Made by a program: the position numbers and the translations under genes
DNA from: Escherichia phage EC167
Reading direction: 5' to 3' (one strand)
Sequence record: ON185587.1
Length of the DNA stretch: 50,988 nucleotides
The notes under the pieces: model-generated
Databases searched by the model: none
Seen by the model: the letters and a program-made list of their open reading frames with translations, nothing else
What the model was told of the DNA's origin: nothing
Part shown: one piece after another, positions 30,568 through 39,632 of the stretch
How positions within the stretch are numbered: position 1 is the stretch's first letter
How the letters are laid out: every line of letters begins with the position of its first letter

Positions 30568-30986
30568 TGGCTATAACTGATAAAGGCGATTATCTTGAGT
30601 TTTACGAAAGGGATCCAACCGACACGAGAAGGGAAGTTAATCACCAGATAGATAGTTTTCAGTGGTTGACTTATGCTCATCCTTATTTGCTGGCGTGGCA
30701 TACGGTAAACGAGAATGAGAAGTCTAAAGCAACGGCGATGATTGATCAGCAGTCCGGCTTGGTTAAGGGAGTAAGCGATTTCATCATCCTGATTGGTTTA
30801 AACGGAAAATACCCCTTTGCAGCGATTGAGATCAAACGAGTGAATAAATCAGGCAAGGGGAAAGCATCACCAGTCAGCGATGAACAAAAGGCTTTTTTGC
30901 GTCGAGTTCGCAGCTTAGGAGGATTCGCTGCGGTCGCCTACGGATTTAATCAGTTTAAGTTGGCTATTGAATACATGCTTAAATAG
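30567..30986 (+). CDS. VRR-NUC domain nuclease
   Basis: 139 aa; PD-(D/E)XK-like GVSDFIIL...AIEIK motif; overlaps helicase stop. Confidence 0.55.
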   Translation: MAITDKGDYLEFYERDPTDTRREVNHQIDSFQWLTYAHPYLLAWHTVNENEKSKATAMIDQQSGLVKGVSDFIILIGLNGKYPFAAIEIKRVNKSGKGKASPVSDEQKAFLRRVRSLGGFAAVAYGFNQFKLAIEYMLK

Positions 30987-31002
30987 CACTTTTTGTTAAA
31001 AC
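30982..31002 (+). promoter_or_regulatory. conserved intergenic motif + GC dyad + CATAAT upstream of dam
   Basis: AATAGCACTTTTTGTTAAAAC, dyad GGCGCGATGGATTGCGCC, CATAATT; TAG stop of upstream gene inside motif. Confidence 0.5.
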
Positions 31003-31065
31003 TGGCGCGATGGATTGCGCCATAATTCAATAATACGAGATAGCTTTTAATAGCGGAGAAATGAA

Positions 31066-31791
31066 ATGGCTAAAGATATTTTAGATAAAGACACCCATGA
31101 CGCATTAGTTAGCTTTGAGCAGTTGGAGAGAGAAACATTTATAGGGAATGCCCTTGCAACTGGAGGCCATTACCAGGCAGTAAAGCCAAATCAATATTAT
31201 AAGGTAAGCGGCAACCGATACGCTGGAAGCACCACGCCGGACGTTGTGCGAGATATGTGGAGCACGCCTCAAGAGATCGTGGAGTGGATGGAATCAGAAT
31301 TTGGTGAATACGATCTCGACGCGGCAGCAAGCCAGGAAAACGCAGTTTGCGAGAAGTTCTATAGCAAGGAGACAAACTGCTTAAAGCGTTGGTGGGGTAG
31401 CAACAAGCACGTATGGCTTAACCCGCCGTACAGCAACCCAACTCCATTTATCAAGAAAGCAATTGAGCAAATGGAGCACAACAACCAAATTGATGTTTTG
31501 TTGCCAGCCGACAACTCTACAGCATGGTTTTATGAGGCGCAGAAAAACGCGGCTGAAATCATCTGGATCACTGGCGAGGTTTACGAAGAGGGTGGAGTAG
31601 AATACTCCCGCACCGGAAGAATCGCCTTTGTGTCTGGATTGACTGGTGAGCCTGTGCAGGGCAACAACAAGGGAAGCGTGATTTTTGTCATGCGCAAACT
31701 TAAAGAAGGCGAGGAGCAGAAAACGCGATACGTTAAGATCAGCGATATTTGCCCTTCTGTAACAGAACGTCGCGCACGCAAACGGAGCTAA
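31066..31791 (+). CDS. dam: DNA N6-adenine methyltransferase (phage Dam type)
   Basis: 241 aa with NPPYS catalytic motif IV and conserved aromatic N-terminal region. Confidence 0.75.
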   Translation: MAKDILDKDTHDALVSFEQLERETFIGNALATGGHYQAVKPNQYYKVSGNRYAGSTTPDVVRDMWSTPQEIVEWMESEFGEYDLDAAASQENAVCEKFYSKETNCLKRWWGSNKHVWLNPPYSNPTPFIKKAIEQMEHNNQIDVLLPADNSTAWFYEAQKNAAEIIWITGEVYEEGGVEYSRTGRIAFVSGLTGEPVQGNNKGSVIFVMRKLKEGEEQKTRYVKISDICPSVTERRARKRS

Positions 31792-31795
31792 CACG

Positions 31796-32053
31796 ATGGA
31801 AAAAGAGAGAAGCGTTTATTTAAATGAAACTGGCGAGTGGTTGTTATTTCGCGCTATGGTGTGCGATGCACTTGATAAAAACCCTAACGTGAAAAAGATG
31901 ATTGATTGCGATCCGTGGGAATTTTCAAGCGCATTAGATATGAGCTTTGAGGAGACAAGAAAACTCCCGCTTGAAAAATGGCACGAACAAATCAGAAATG
32001 ACATGCAAGAGTTTGTCGATTCGTGGAATTTTCAGCACGGAATGATCCACTAA
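31796..32053 (+). CDS. hypothetical protein
   Basis: 85 aa ORF, ends with stop inside conserved motif. Confidence 0.4.
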   Translation: MEKERSVYLNETGEWLLFRAMVCDALDKNPNVKKMIDCDPWEFSSALDMSFEETRKLPLEKWHEQIRNDMQEFVDSWNFQHGMIH

Positions 32054-32072
32054 TAGCACTTTTTGTTAAAAC
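32052..32072 (+). promoter_or_regulatory. conserved intergenic motif + dyad GCCCGGCCTAGTGTCGGGC + CATAAT
   Basis: Canonical copy; near-identical dyad to the minus-strand copy at 35776. Confidence 0.5.
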
Positions 32073-32128
32073 GCCCGGCCTAGTGTCGGGCATAATTATT
32101 TCAACGAAGAAAACATGAGGAAATAAAA

Positions 32129-32308
32129 ATGGTGGTATTCGATAAACGCGCTTTTAATCTTGCTCAAGAAGCAGCAAAAGGTTCAGTGGATGGCGGTTCA
32201 AAGGAAGGATTCCAGTTTGATTGGGAGATCGCAATGTTTTTACTGAAAGTTGCATACGGTCACGCGCCAATTGAACAAGCGGAGGCATATTATAAGCATG
32301 AAGGTTGA
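32129..32308 (+). CDS. hypothetical small protein (~59 aa)
   Basis: Not in ORF track (below 61 aa); GAGG RBS and motif promoter upstream; coordinates approximate. Confidence 0.35.
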   Translation: MVVFDKRAFNLAQEAAKGSVDGGSKEGFQFDWEIAMFLLKVAYGHAPIEQAEAYYKHEG

Positions 32309-32540
32309 GCAAGGAAGAGATGCGGTATGGAATCACGCTAAAGAATGCGGTATTGCCGACGATATAAAGAAGATCGCGCAATACTTTGATATTGCAGATG
32401 TGAGCATAATTAGCGGCGATAAGATGACTTTCCTCAAGGAAAGGCCGCGAAAAATGGTAAGAGTTCCAGCAGTTCCAACAAAAATTGATTTCAAATCTGT
32501 AATCGACAGCAGCAGAGAGCAAAGGAAAAGATTTAAATGA
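32298..32540 (+). CDS. hypothetical protein
   Basis: 80 aa from ATG 32298 (GGAGG RBS); ORF-track start 32250 also possible. Confidence 0.35.
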   Translation: MKVEQGRDAVWNHAKECGIADDIKKIAQYFDIADVSIISGDKMTFLKERPRKMVRVPAVPTKIDFKSVIDSSREQRKRFK

Positions 32541-33022
32541 TAAATTGGAGTGATTATTTTGAATATAGAAATGGAATACTTTACTGGAAAGTAAGGAGAA
32601 ATGGGAGAAATGGAGGAGTCAAGCCTGGAGACGTTGCAGGGTGCAAAAATGAATATGGATATGTTTTAATAGGATTTAATGGAAAACTGCACTACAGACA
32701 TTCAATAGTTTGGGAAATGCACAACGGTAAGATTCCAGAAGGATTTGTCATAGATCATAAAAACCCCGTTTGTGATGGCGAGGAGGCTAATGACAATATC
32801 GACAACCTTAGAATAATACGTCATTCAGACAACCTTAGAAAAGGTTGCGGTAGAGTTAGAAAAAGCAATACAAGCGGAATAACTGGCGTTATGTATAATA
32901 AAAGAGATGATCTATGGGTAGCTTCAATATGCGTAAACTCAAATAGAATATCAAAATCATTCAAATCAATGGATGATGCTATAAATCAGAGGATGATTTG
33001 GGAATCAGAATACATAAAATGA
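32537..33022 (+). CDS. HNH homing endonuclease with AP2 DNA-binding domain
   Basis: HNH motif (HRHSIVWEMHNG..IDHKN..DNLR) and AP2-like SGITGV...W segment; AT-rich codon usage; paralogue of 38162 and 39622 genes. Confidence 0.7.
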   Translation: MINWSDYFEYRNGILYWKVRRNGRNGGVKPGDVAGCKNEYGYVLIGFNGKLHYRHSIVWEMHNGKIPEGFVIDHKNPVCDGEEANDNIDNLRIIRHSDNLRKGCGRVRKSNTSGITGVMYNKRDDLWVASICVNSNRISKSFKSMDDAINQRMIWESEYIK

Positions 33023-33116
33023 GGATAGTTATCATGTGGCGCTTGTTTGTTCTACCGTTACCCGTTATCATCGCTGTTACAGTTATGTACCATATAGTGA
33101 TGAGATAGGTAGCAGA

Positions 33117-34232
33117 ATGAAAAATGTAAAAATTACAGATGAGCAATTCAAGATCGAACGGGCGGCAGGTAAGACATATAAACAGATCGCTCAAGAGTAC
33201 GGAATGAATGTGAGAAGCGTCGAGCGTCGCGCGGCGCGTCTTGCAAAGCAAGGACAGTTATCGACCATCGGAGCGCCTGGTTTTGGTGTTCATGGTGAGT
33301 CAGTAATGACTGACAAAGAAGGAAATATAATCCTCAAGTGGACCAAAACCAGCAAGGATAAAGAGCAATTAGAGGCACTGATGCGCGCAGCTATGGAGGC
33401 GTTTAGCGAGGAAGTGCCGCGATTAGATCCAGTTCCATTGCAGGAGCGTAACTATAATGAAACGCTTTCATTGTATCCGATCTTTGACATGCACTTAGGC
33501 GCTATGGCCCATAAGCACGAATGCGGAGAAAATTGGGATACTGCTACGGCGGAGCGCGTTATGAATAACTTTATCGACTATGCTTTGATGTGCGCACCGG
33601 ACAGCGAAAAGGCTGTTATCCTGATTGGTGGCGATATGCTGCATAGCGACGGCCTGGAGGCTGTGACACCTGCAAGCGGTCACGTACTTGATCAAGATAG
33701 CCGATATGCAAAATTGGTTTACGTTGCAATCCGTGCAATGCGTCGCGCAATTAATAAAATGCTGTTAAAGCATAAACATGTTGAGGTCCAGATCGTAGAG
33801 GGCAATCACGACCAATCAGGAATGATTTGGCTACGCGCAGCGATGGCGGCAGCATATGAGAACGAGCCGCGCGTTTACGTTGATGTTTCTCCTCGCGTTG
33901 TTCACCACACGCAATACGGAAAAACTTTCCTTGCGTACCATCACGGGCACACAGTGCGTAAACCGGAGGCTTTGCTAATGATGTGCGCGTCAGATTGGCG
34001 GGAGGACTTCGGAAACTCAAAAACTATGTATGCGCACGTAGGGCACTGGCATCACCAGACCGTGACGGAAACGTCGCTTGGCATCGTTGAGGTGCATAGC
34101 ACCCTGGCGGCAAAAGACGCATACGCCGCGCGAGGTGGCTGGAGATCTCGACGCCGTGCAGCGGTTATCATTTACGACAAAGAGCATGGAGAAGTGGGGC
34201 GATTTGTTCACTATCCAGAAATGATGAATTGA
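33117..34232 (+). CDS. metallophosphoesterase (calcineurin-like) with N-terminal HTH-like segment
   Basis: DMHLG, GGDMLH, GNHD, HHGH, GHWHH metal-binding motifs; start 33117 preferred over ORF-track 33036. Confidence 0.55.
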   Translation: MKNVKITDEQFKIERAAGKTYKQIAQEYGMNVRSVERRAARLAKQGQLSTIGAPGFGVHGESVMTDKEGNIILKWTKTSKDKEQLEALMRAAMEAFSEEVPRLDPVPLQERNYNETLSLYPIFDMHLGAMAHKHECGENWDTATAERVMNNFIDYALMCAPDSEKAVILIGGDMLHSDGLEAVTPASGHVLDQDSRYAKLVYVAIRAMRRAINKMLLKHKHVEVQIVEGNHDQSGMIWLRAAMAAAYENEPRVYVDVSPRVVHHTQYGKTFLAYHHGHTVRKPEALLMMCASDWREDFGNSKTMYAHVGHWHHQTVTETSLGIVEVHSTLAAKDAYAARGGWRSRRRAAVIIYDKEHGEVGRFVHYPEMMN

Positions 34233-34277
34233 TGAATTTTTATTTAAATCAATGACAAATTAAATCAAAAACTTGCA

Positions 34278-34308
34278 AAGGGGCGGCGTTTGTCGCCTCT
34301 TTTTTTTG
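34278..34308 (+). terminator. intrinsic terminator before lysis cassette
   Basis: AGGGGCG-8 nt loop-CGCCTCT followed by T8. Confidence 0.65.
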
Positions 34309-34377
34309 TTTAATTTTTTACCATGTGCGTTTATCATGCGGTCAATATATTGACTTTAATTAATATGGAGAATAAAA

Positions 34378-34593
34378 ATGAAAGATTTTATTAACGCAGC
34401 TACCGCCGGATCTGGCGGTTCATCTATCGCAAGCGCCGCTACAGGGCAGTTAACCATTGCTATTGCCAGCTTTGTTTTAATGGCTGCATTCGGTGCATGG
34501 GGCGCTTACCTTCGCTGGCGTGATAGTAAAAAATTCCACGAGGCAATCGAAAAAGGTGATATTCAAAAAGCTATTGAGATCAGGGGCAAGTAA
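34378..34593 (+). CDS. holin (pinholin-like, two TMD)
   Basis: 71 aa; Gly/Ala/Ser-rich weakly hydrophobic TMD1 and hydrophobic TMD2, charged C-terminus; directly precedes SAR endolysin. Confidence 0.6.
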   Translation: MKDFINAATAGSGGSSIASAATGQLTIAIASFVLMAAFGAWGAYLRWRDSKKFHEAIEKGDIQKAIEIRGK

Positions 34594-35084
34594 TGAGCAT
34601 AAAGAACAAGGTAGCGGCTGCGGCCTTTGGCGTTGCGGTTGCCTTGACTTCTCCACTTCTTGAAGAGATCGAAGGGGTAAGATACAAGCCATACAAAGAT
34701 ATTGCGGGAATATGGACGGTTTGCGCAGGAATCACCGGACCAGATGTTATCCTGGGGAAAACGTACACTAAAAAAGAGTGTGATGCTTTGTTGGCTAAAC
34801 ATATCCAGGTTGCTAAAAAAGAAGTTGACAAGCAGGTTAAGGTTGACATTCCTGATAGTATGCGTGCAGCAATGTACTCATTCACTTATAATGCAGGTGT
34901 GGGAGCTTTCAGAAATTCAACAATGCTGAAACTCATCAACCAGGGGAAATTAAACGAGGCTTGCGATCAGCTTTATCGTTGGACGTATTACCATAACCCC
35001 AAAACAGGAAAGCGCGAGAAGTCTAAAGGCTTACTTAACAGGCGCAAGGTCGAATACAAATATTGCACAATGGATCTGAAATGA
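34593..35084 (+). CDS. SAR endolysin (lysozyme, T4/P1 Lyz-type)
   Basis: N-terminal signal-anchor-release-like segment [13 protein letters not shown] followed by E-x8-D-x5-T catalytic arrangement. Confidence 0.7.
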   Translation: MSIKNKVAAAAFGVAVALTSPLLEEIEGVRYKPYKDIAGIWTVCAGITGPDVILGKTYTKKECDALLAKHIQVAKKEVDKQVKVDIPDSMRAAMYSFTYNAGVGAFRNSTMLKLINQGKLNEACDQLYRWTYYHNPKTGKREKSKGLLNRRKVEYKYCTMDLK

Positions 35085-35476
35085 TGAAGAAATTTTTACT
35101 TACACCAATCGCAATGGCGGTGATCTTGTCTGGATGTTCAAGCGTTACGCCACTGACCGGATTAATCGGCAGCAAGCCGGAAATCACAGCCCAGGCTGGC
35201 GCGGAGAACGTGAAGCAGACAGTTGGCATTACAGCAAAGCAGGACGTCAGCACAAAACAGGAAACCACAATAAAGGAATCTGCGGTTGACAAGGTGGACA
35301 CGTCCAGCAAGAAGGATTTCACAACATCAACCATTCAGGCCAATACCATCAAGGCAGACAAAATTCAGGTCGTGCAGGGTAATAACGGCAGATGGTACGA
35401 TCCAATAATCATATGCGTGGTTGTGTTAATTGTGCTGATTTTTCTTTACTGGAGAGAAAAGAAAAAGGAGGCTTAA
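35081..35476 (+). CDS. unimolecular spanin (T1 gp11 type)
   Basis: Lipoprotein signal with lipobox (VILSG-C) plus C-terminal transmembrane helix ([16 protein letters not shown]). Confidence 0.7.
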   Translation: MMKKFLLTPIAMAVILSGCSSVTPLTGLIGSKPEITAQAGAENVKQTVGITAKQDVSTKQETTIKESAVDKVDTSSKKDFTTSTIQANTIKADKIQVVQGNNGRWYDPIIICVVVLIVLIFLYWREKKKEA

Positions 35477-35492
35477 TGCCTCCTTTATTTTT
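35462..35492. terminator. bidirectional terminator between lysis cassette and minus-strand operon
   Basis: AGGAGGC-TTAAT-GCCTCCT flanked by A/T tracts on both sides. Confidence 0.65.
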
Positions 35493-35715
35493 ATGCGTCG
35501 GGCCACATATGAGTTTCGTTTGTTGGCTTGTTCGATTCGTCGTACTGCCTTACTTCAATGCTGCAAGTGTCGCCATACATTTCTGCAATCTTGCGCTCAT
35601 TTTCAACCGCAGATTGCTCACTCCATCCAAAATCCCTGTCGTAAATTGTCGGGATTTCAGCAGAAGATCCGTTGTCATGATTATATACGCGAACTACTAA
35701 AAACTTGCTGGACAT
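35491..35715 (-). CDS. hypothetical protein
   Basis: 74 aa; own motif-type promoter at 35776 and RBS. Confidence 0.45.
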   Translation of the reverse strand: MSSKFLVVRVYNHDNGSSAEIPTIYDRDFGWSEQSAVENERKIAEMYGDTCSIEVRQYDESNKPTNETHMWPDA

Positions 35716-35775
35716 AATTTTACCTTTTGGTTGTTTCGTTTCGATGAAACAAATATACCCGACACTAGGCCTGGC

Positions 35776-35796
35776 GTTTTAACAAAAAATGCTATT
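35776..35796 (-). promoter_or_regulatory. conserved intergenic motif (minus orientation)
   Basis: Minus strand: AATAGCATTTTTTGTTAAAAC + dyad + TATATT. Confidence 0.5.
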
Positions 35797-35912
35797 CCAT
35801 ACGCTTTACCGTAACCAGTAATACACCATCATCATTGCATAAAACATGTTCAGTGGTGCTAAAAGCGCGCATATCTGAATAAAGTAGCGTAAGTAAAGCA
35901 TGAATAAAATCC

Positions 35913-36308
35913 TCATGTGATATTGAATTTACGGCGCAGTGCTTCAAGATCTTGTCTATTAGCTTTTGCCTGGAACAACTCATCATCGCCCATCTCCCCT
36001 ATTCTAGCCATATCCCTGATCCAGACGTTGCGCATACCATCCAGGCTATACAATTCGAATCCGAAAGGCCGCTTTGACGATCCTTTGGACCAGTATTTTC
36101 CGCAGACCCCATCTATATAACCAGCCGTCATCATTCTTGCGCAAAATTCCTTAGATGCAAGGCTGGCGAACATTCTCGGCGTAAGTCCGGCGGCCCGTGC
36201 GAGCCGCTCACATTCTCTATGCTGATAGATAAATTTGGCTATGTGCTGCCTGTTAAACCAGTCGTATGACTCACACCATTTATACAGATCAAGCAAAAAC
36301 ATAATCAT
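35913..36308 (-). CDS. hypothetical protein translationally coupled to DUF3987-like NTPase
   Basis: 131 aa; start ATG overlaps upstream stop (ATGA). Confidence 0.45.
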   Translation of the reverse strand: MIMFLLDLYKWCESYDWFNRQHIAKFIYQHRECERLARAAGLTPRMFASLASKEFCARMMTAGYIDGVCGKYWSKGSSKRPFGFELYSLDGMRNVWIRDMARIGEMGDDELFQAKANRQDLEALRRKFNIT

Positions 36309-37885
36309 CCCAGCAGTATTGGATTGACAAAAATAACACCATTAATCACACAAACATAATTTCTTTCTTCCAGCATTGGCAGCAAGTGCCCTTCTATCCT
36401 CTTCATTACGCCAGCCTGACCAACGAAAGGTTTTACCTTTCTCGCTGATTCGTACAGGGCGCGAATATTCAGGATCCCTTTGTTCGCCTTGCCGTGCCTC
36501 GTGATCAATTCAATCAATTTACCCATTTCAGCATCATCACCAGCATAACCAGAAGCATTGGCGGCGCTAATGTATGTTTTGCTCAATTCCTGAAACATGA
36601 TCAACGCCTCTTGCATTGTTTCCACGTCGATCTCTTTCGACTTCTGCGGGTATCCGGCAGGATTAAACCAGTTGCGGATAACATGCAGGACGGAAGCAAG
36701 CCTGATCACCTGTTTATCCATTTTACCCAGCGCACCGCGTAACATTGTATGAGAATACTTTCCGCCGTCTGCAAGATGCGGTTCCATATCCTGGCGAGCA
36801 ATGTTGAGCACTCGCATAGCTGAACGGCTTATTTTCAGCGATATATTTGATTCGCTCATGATGTTATGCACCAATTGATAATATTGGGCCTTCAATTCAG
36901 GATCCACCGCCTCATAGGTAGAATCACCATTTTCATCAATGAATGAGCGACGGCCTAAGAATGATTCCTCACGGACCAACAAAAAGCGCTCACTCACACC
37001 GATACCGCGCGATCCAGCGTCCATGATTCCGCTTATCGTTTCATCCTGGGCTATAACGCTCATACATCCAAGTGCGCGAAAACTCATGTTATTGTCAGCA
37101 TTAGCGCGGGCAATTGATACGTGACCATTATCCCACGCCTTAAGCACTAGCTCACTGTTAGTCTTCCTTTCGCTATTGGCATAGGTCAAGCCTAACAGGC
37201 TGTTAATACTTGTTGCTTCGTCAGATATTACGGCAAAGTTACCTTGCTTGTTGTTGATTTTCGCCAAGCCTTCTGGAGTGGTATCTGAAACAGGGAAAGT
37301 TATATCACACATCTTTTCCAGCTTCTCCTCCAGATCCTCTTTTTCCTGGTATAGAGATTCCATATCAGCGCCTGATCTTTCGCTTTTCATCTCCTTTGCA
37401 AGACCTGCCAACTTTGCCTGTATTTTCTTTCTTTCCTTGCGGCGTTGCTCGTTGATCTTCTCAACTTCCGCAATCATCGGAGCAATAGCCATGCTGTTGA
37501 TCGCAGATTTACCAGTTGACGGCGGCTGGCTTGTAACGACGTAAAGCGCAGTCGGCTGATCGGTTCCGTGATAGTCAACTGTAAAGCGTCCAAGCATAGC
37601 GGCAGAAATGCAGCCGATAAAGTGCATGTAAGCCGATGATTCAGGGAATTGAACTGATCGCGAAATGCTGCGTGATAACTTGCCGACAACATCAATATCA
37701 TTACCAAGAGAAATTACGGGGTAGCGATCGTGACCGCTATTTACATCCTTTACGTCGCCCCAAAAGCTGGACGACTGGCGATAGCCGTTAGCCTGAATTG
37801 ATACGCGAACTGGCGAAAGGTTCTGGCTTTCAGCCATAGCGATTATTTGCTGTGGAGTTAATTTGTTCGTTTCTAATGAAAACAT
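36305..37885 (-). CDS. P-loop NTPase, DUF3987 / replicative-helicase-like
   Basis: 526 aa; deviant Walker A TSQPPSTGKSAI, Walker B FAVISDEAT; strong RBS AAGGAG; family assignment from memory of motif, not searched. Confidence 0.4.
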   Translation of the reverse strand: MFSLETNKLTPQQIIAMAESQNLSPVRVSIQANGYRQSSSFWGDVKDVNSGHDRYPVISLGNDIDVVGKLSRSISRSVQFPESSAYMHFIGCISAAMLGRFTVDYHGTDQPTALYVVTSQPPSTGKSAINSMAIAPMIAEVEKINEQRRKERKKIQAKLAGLAKEMKSERSGADMESLYQEKEDLEEKLEKMCDITFPVSDTTPEGLAKINNKQGNFAVISDEATSINSLLGLTYANSERKTNSELVLKAWDNGHVSIARANADNNMSFRALGCMSVIAQDETISGIMDAGSRGIGVSERFLLVREESFLGRRSFIDENGDSTYEAVDPELKAQYYQLVHNIMSESNISLKISRSAMRVLNIARQDMEPHLADGGKYSHTMLRGALGKMDKQVIRLASVLHVIRNWFNPAGYPQKSKEIDVETMQEALIMFQELSKTYISAANASGYAGDDAEMGKLIELITRHGKANKGILNIRALYESARKVKPFVGQAGVMKRIEGHLLPMLEERNYVCVINGVIFVNPILLG

Positions 37886-37937
37886 TCGTTAGCTTCTCCT
37901 TTGTGGGCCGTAAATTTTAACGGCCCAATACTACCCC

Positions 37938-37958
37938 GTTTTGTCAAAAAGTGCTATT
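37938..37958 (-). promoter_or_regulatory. conserved intergenic motif variant (TTGACA form)
   Basis: Minus strand: AATAGCACTTTTTGACAAAAC + dyad GGGCCG..CGGCCC. Confidence 0.5.
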
Positions 37959-38175
37959 TGATCCGCTCTATTGCAACCAGAAGTCGATCAGGCTGGCGGT
38001 CGCTGTAGCATTCTCCTGTAATCCCATCCTTAAACGTAAAGTAAAGCGCCTTATGATATGAAAAACCAATCAGCCAACCTACCGCAGTTTTTTTGATGGG
38101 CCTGACTATATCGCCAGGCTTGAAGGTTTTTGTTGCTGAATTAGTAACCTTATAGCGATATTCAGTCTTGATCAT
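37954..38175 (-). CDS. hypothetical protein
   Basis: 73 aa from ATG overlapping HNH stop (ATGATCAAGACTGA); stop TAG inside motif. Confidence 0.4.
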   Translation of the reverse strand: MIKTEYRYKVTNSATKTFKPGDIVRPIKKTAVGWLIGFSYHKALYFTFKDGITGECYSDRQPDRLLVAIERIK

Positions 38176-38683
38176 AAGGCTTCTCGCTTCCGTGGTTTTC
38201 GTGGAATCCGTACTTTTTCCAAATAGCATCTCTTGATGATACAGCGCTATCAATTGATGCATGATAACCACCAGAAATACACCTGCCATCAACAGTTACT
38301 TGTACGCACCATTTAGACACCCTCTTATTCAACATCACGCCAGTATAACCAGATTTATTTGTCGATCTCCTTGTGTGGTTTTGTGAGTTTTGTTTTCTTG
38401 TGACAAGCCGAAGGTTTTCGATTCTATTGTCATCTCTTATGTGATTCACGTGATCTATCTCCATTCCTTTTGGTATTGTTTTTCCATGCATCCACCAAAC
38501 AATCCAATGCGCCGGATACTCTCTGCCACCAATACCTATACGTCTATATCCGTTTTTAGTTATATAACCTGCCTCATCGCCAATTTTTGCCCGTCTTCCT
38601 GATGGGCTTTTCCATAATAGACGACCATTTTCATATATAAATAAATTTAGAAGTACTTGCCTTGAAATTCCGCTATTGCACAT
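38162..38683 (-). CDS. HNH homing endonuclease with AP2 domain
   Basis: HNH motif (HWIVWWMHG..IDHVNH..DNR..NLR) and AP2-like SGYTGV segment. Confidence 0.7.
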   Translation of the reverse strand: MCNSGISRQVLLNLFIYENGRLLWKSPSGRRAKIGDEAGYITKNGYRRIGIGGREYPAHWIVWWMHGKTIPKGMEIDHVNHIRDDNRIENLRLVTRKQNSQNHTRRSTNKSGYTGVMLNKRVSKWCVQVTVDGRCISGGYHASIDSAVSSRDAIWKKYGFHENHGSEKPYDQD

Positions 38684-38874
38684 TTAAATCCAACCTCGCA
38701 TCTTTCAAGAGTCCATTGCTCACCTTGAGCATCAACAACGTAACCAGCTACAGCGCCTAAAACCCTTCCCATAATTATCTCATAGCGTTTACCTTCCTTA
38801 AAATGCTGACCTGGCTTTACGCTGTTCATGTGGTGGTAAACTTTTGTGCATTTTATTGTTCTCTTCTTTGTCAT
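38647..38874 (-). CDS. small protein, paralogue family member A
   Basis: 75 aa; RBS AAGGAG; N-terminal K-C-x-x-x-Y...KPG motif shared with 40884 and 44932 genes. Confidence 0.5.
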   Translation of the reverse strand: MTKKRTIKCTKVYHHMNSVKPGQHFKEGKRYEIIMGRVLGAVAGYVVDAQGEQWTLERCEVGFKCAIAEFQGKYF

Positions 38875-38929
38875 CGTTTATTTCTCCTTTCGTTTCGGTG
38901 AAGTGATTATGCAAGGTTTTTACATCTGG

Positions 38930-38950
38930 CTTTTAACAAAAAGTGCTATT
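38930..38950 (-). promoter_or_regulatory. conserved intergenic motif (minus orientation)
   Basis: Minus strand: AATAGCACTTTTTGTTAAAAG ... GCATAAT. Confidence 0.5.
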
Positions 38951-39632
38951 TTGAGTTTGACTCAAAGACGGCGCGAGCAAAGCCGCGCGGAGTGAGTGAG
39001 CGTAGTTGCTTTGTTCTGGCAGACTTACCGCCTAAAAACTTCCAACCCCAAAAGAACATTACGCCCTCATCATTGGATAACGGCTTGCGTTCGGGTTCTG
39101 TAAATCCGTTGCCGCACCAGATAGCAGTCCTTTTTGTGTAGCCATCCTTTATCGGCATCTTGGGGTGAAAAGATCCATCGGATTCGTCCAGGTAGTTACC
39201 AAAATCTCGAGGATTGAAATAAAAATCAGGCTTTCGCCATAGCGTTGATAGTCGGCCTACAGGATTCTCAGCCATCCAGGGGACACCGAAATGATTCCCG
39301 ACAGTTTCAACCATGATTGCATTTTTGAGCGCAACCTGAATATCATCATCGCTTCGCACGTGCTTGATTCCTGATTGGGCAAACATGGTGCAGTCTGGAA
39401 ATCCAAATACAATATCTGGTTTTGGAATACCAATCTTACTGATTCTTTCAATGAAATTTTCATCAATCCACATATTTACATAATGCAGATTTTCATGTTT
39501 CATCTTGATGAAATATTCTCCGTGATTGCCTTCATCAGCGTTAAAGCAATAGCATTGATAGCCAGCCTTCGCATATTCAAGCAGCATGATTCCAGATCCA
39601 TCAAACATTGAGTAAGCAACTTTATTTCCCAT
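38946..39632 (-). CDS. minimal cytosine-C5 methyltransferase-like protein
   Basis: ~228 aa; motif I FDGSG, motif IV-like GFPDCTMF (canonical GFPCQ), ETV for ENV, C-terminal RSLTPRGFARAV resembling the LTPRE motif; almost no target-recognition domain; start at MGNK preferred. Confidence 0.45.
   Translation of the reverse strand: MGNKVAYSMFDGSGIMLLEYAKAGYQCYCFNADEGNHGEYFIKMKHENLHYVNMWIDENFIERISKIGIPKPDIVFGFPDCTMFAQSGIKHVRSDDDIQVALKNAIMVETVGNHFGVPWMAENPVGRLSTLWRKPDFYFNPRDFGNYLDESDGSFHPKMPIKDGYTKRTAIWCGNGFTEPERKPLSNDEGVMFFWGWKFLGGKSARTKQLRSLTPRGFARAVFESNSK

Noticed and set aside
32154-32522. 122-aa minus-strand ORF opposite the small plus-strand genes
   Set aside because: Plus-strand ORFs here have RBSs and a motif-type promoter; the minus ORF lacks signals and runs against local transcription.
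33036-33116. N-terminal extension of the metallophosphatase ORF (MALVCSTVTRYHRCYSYVPY...)
   Set aside because: Cys/Tyr-rich and non-protein-like; alternative start at 33117 gives a sensible N-terminus, though the GTG start at 33036 cannot be fully excluded.
35792-35986. 64-aa minus-strand ORF overlapping the 3' end of the 131-aa gene
   Set aside because: It has a plausible GGGGAG RBS and ends at the motif TAG, but overlaps the 131-aa ORF in another frame; the stop-in-motif coincidence is expected for one frame in three, so it is left unannotated as uncertain.
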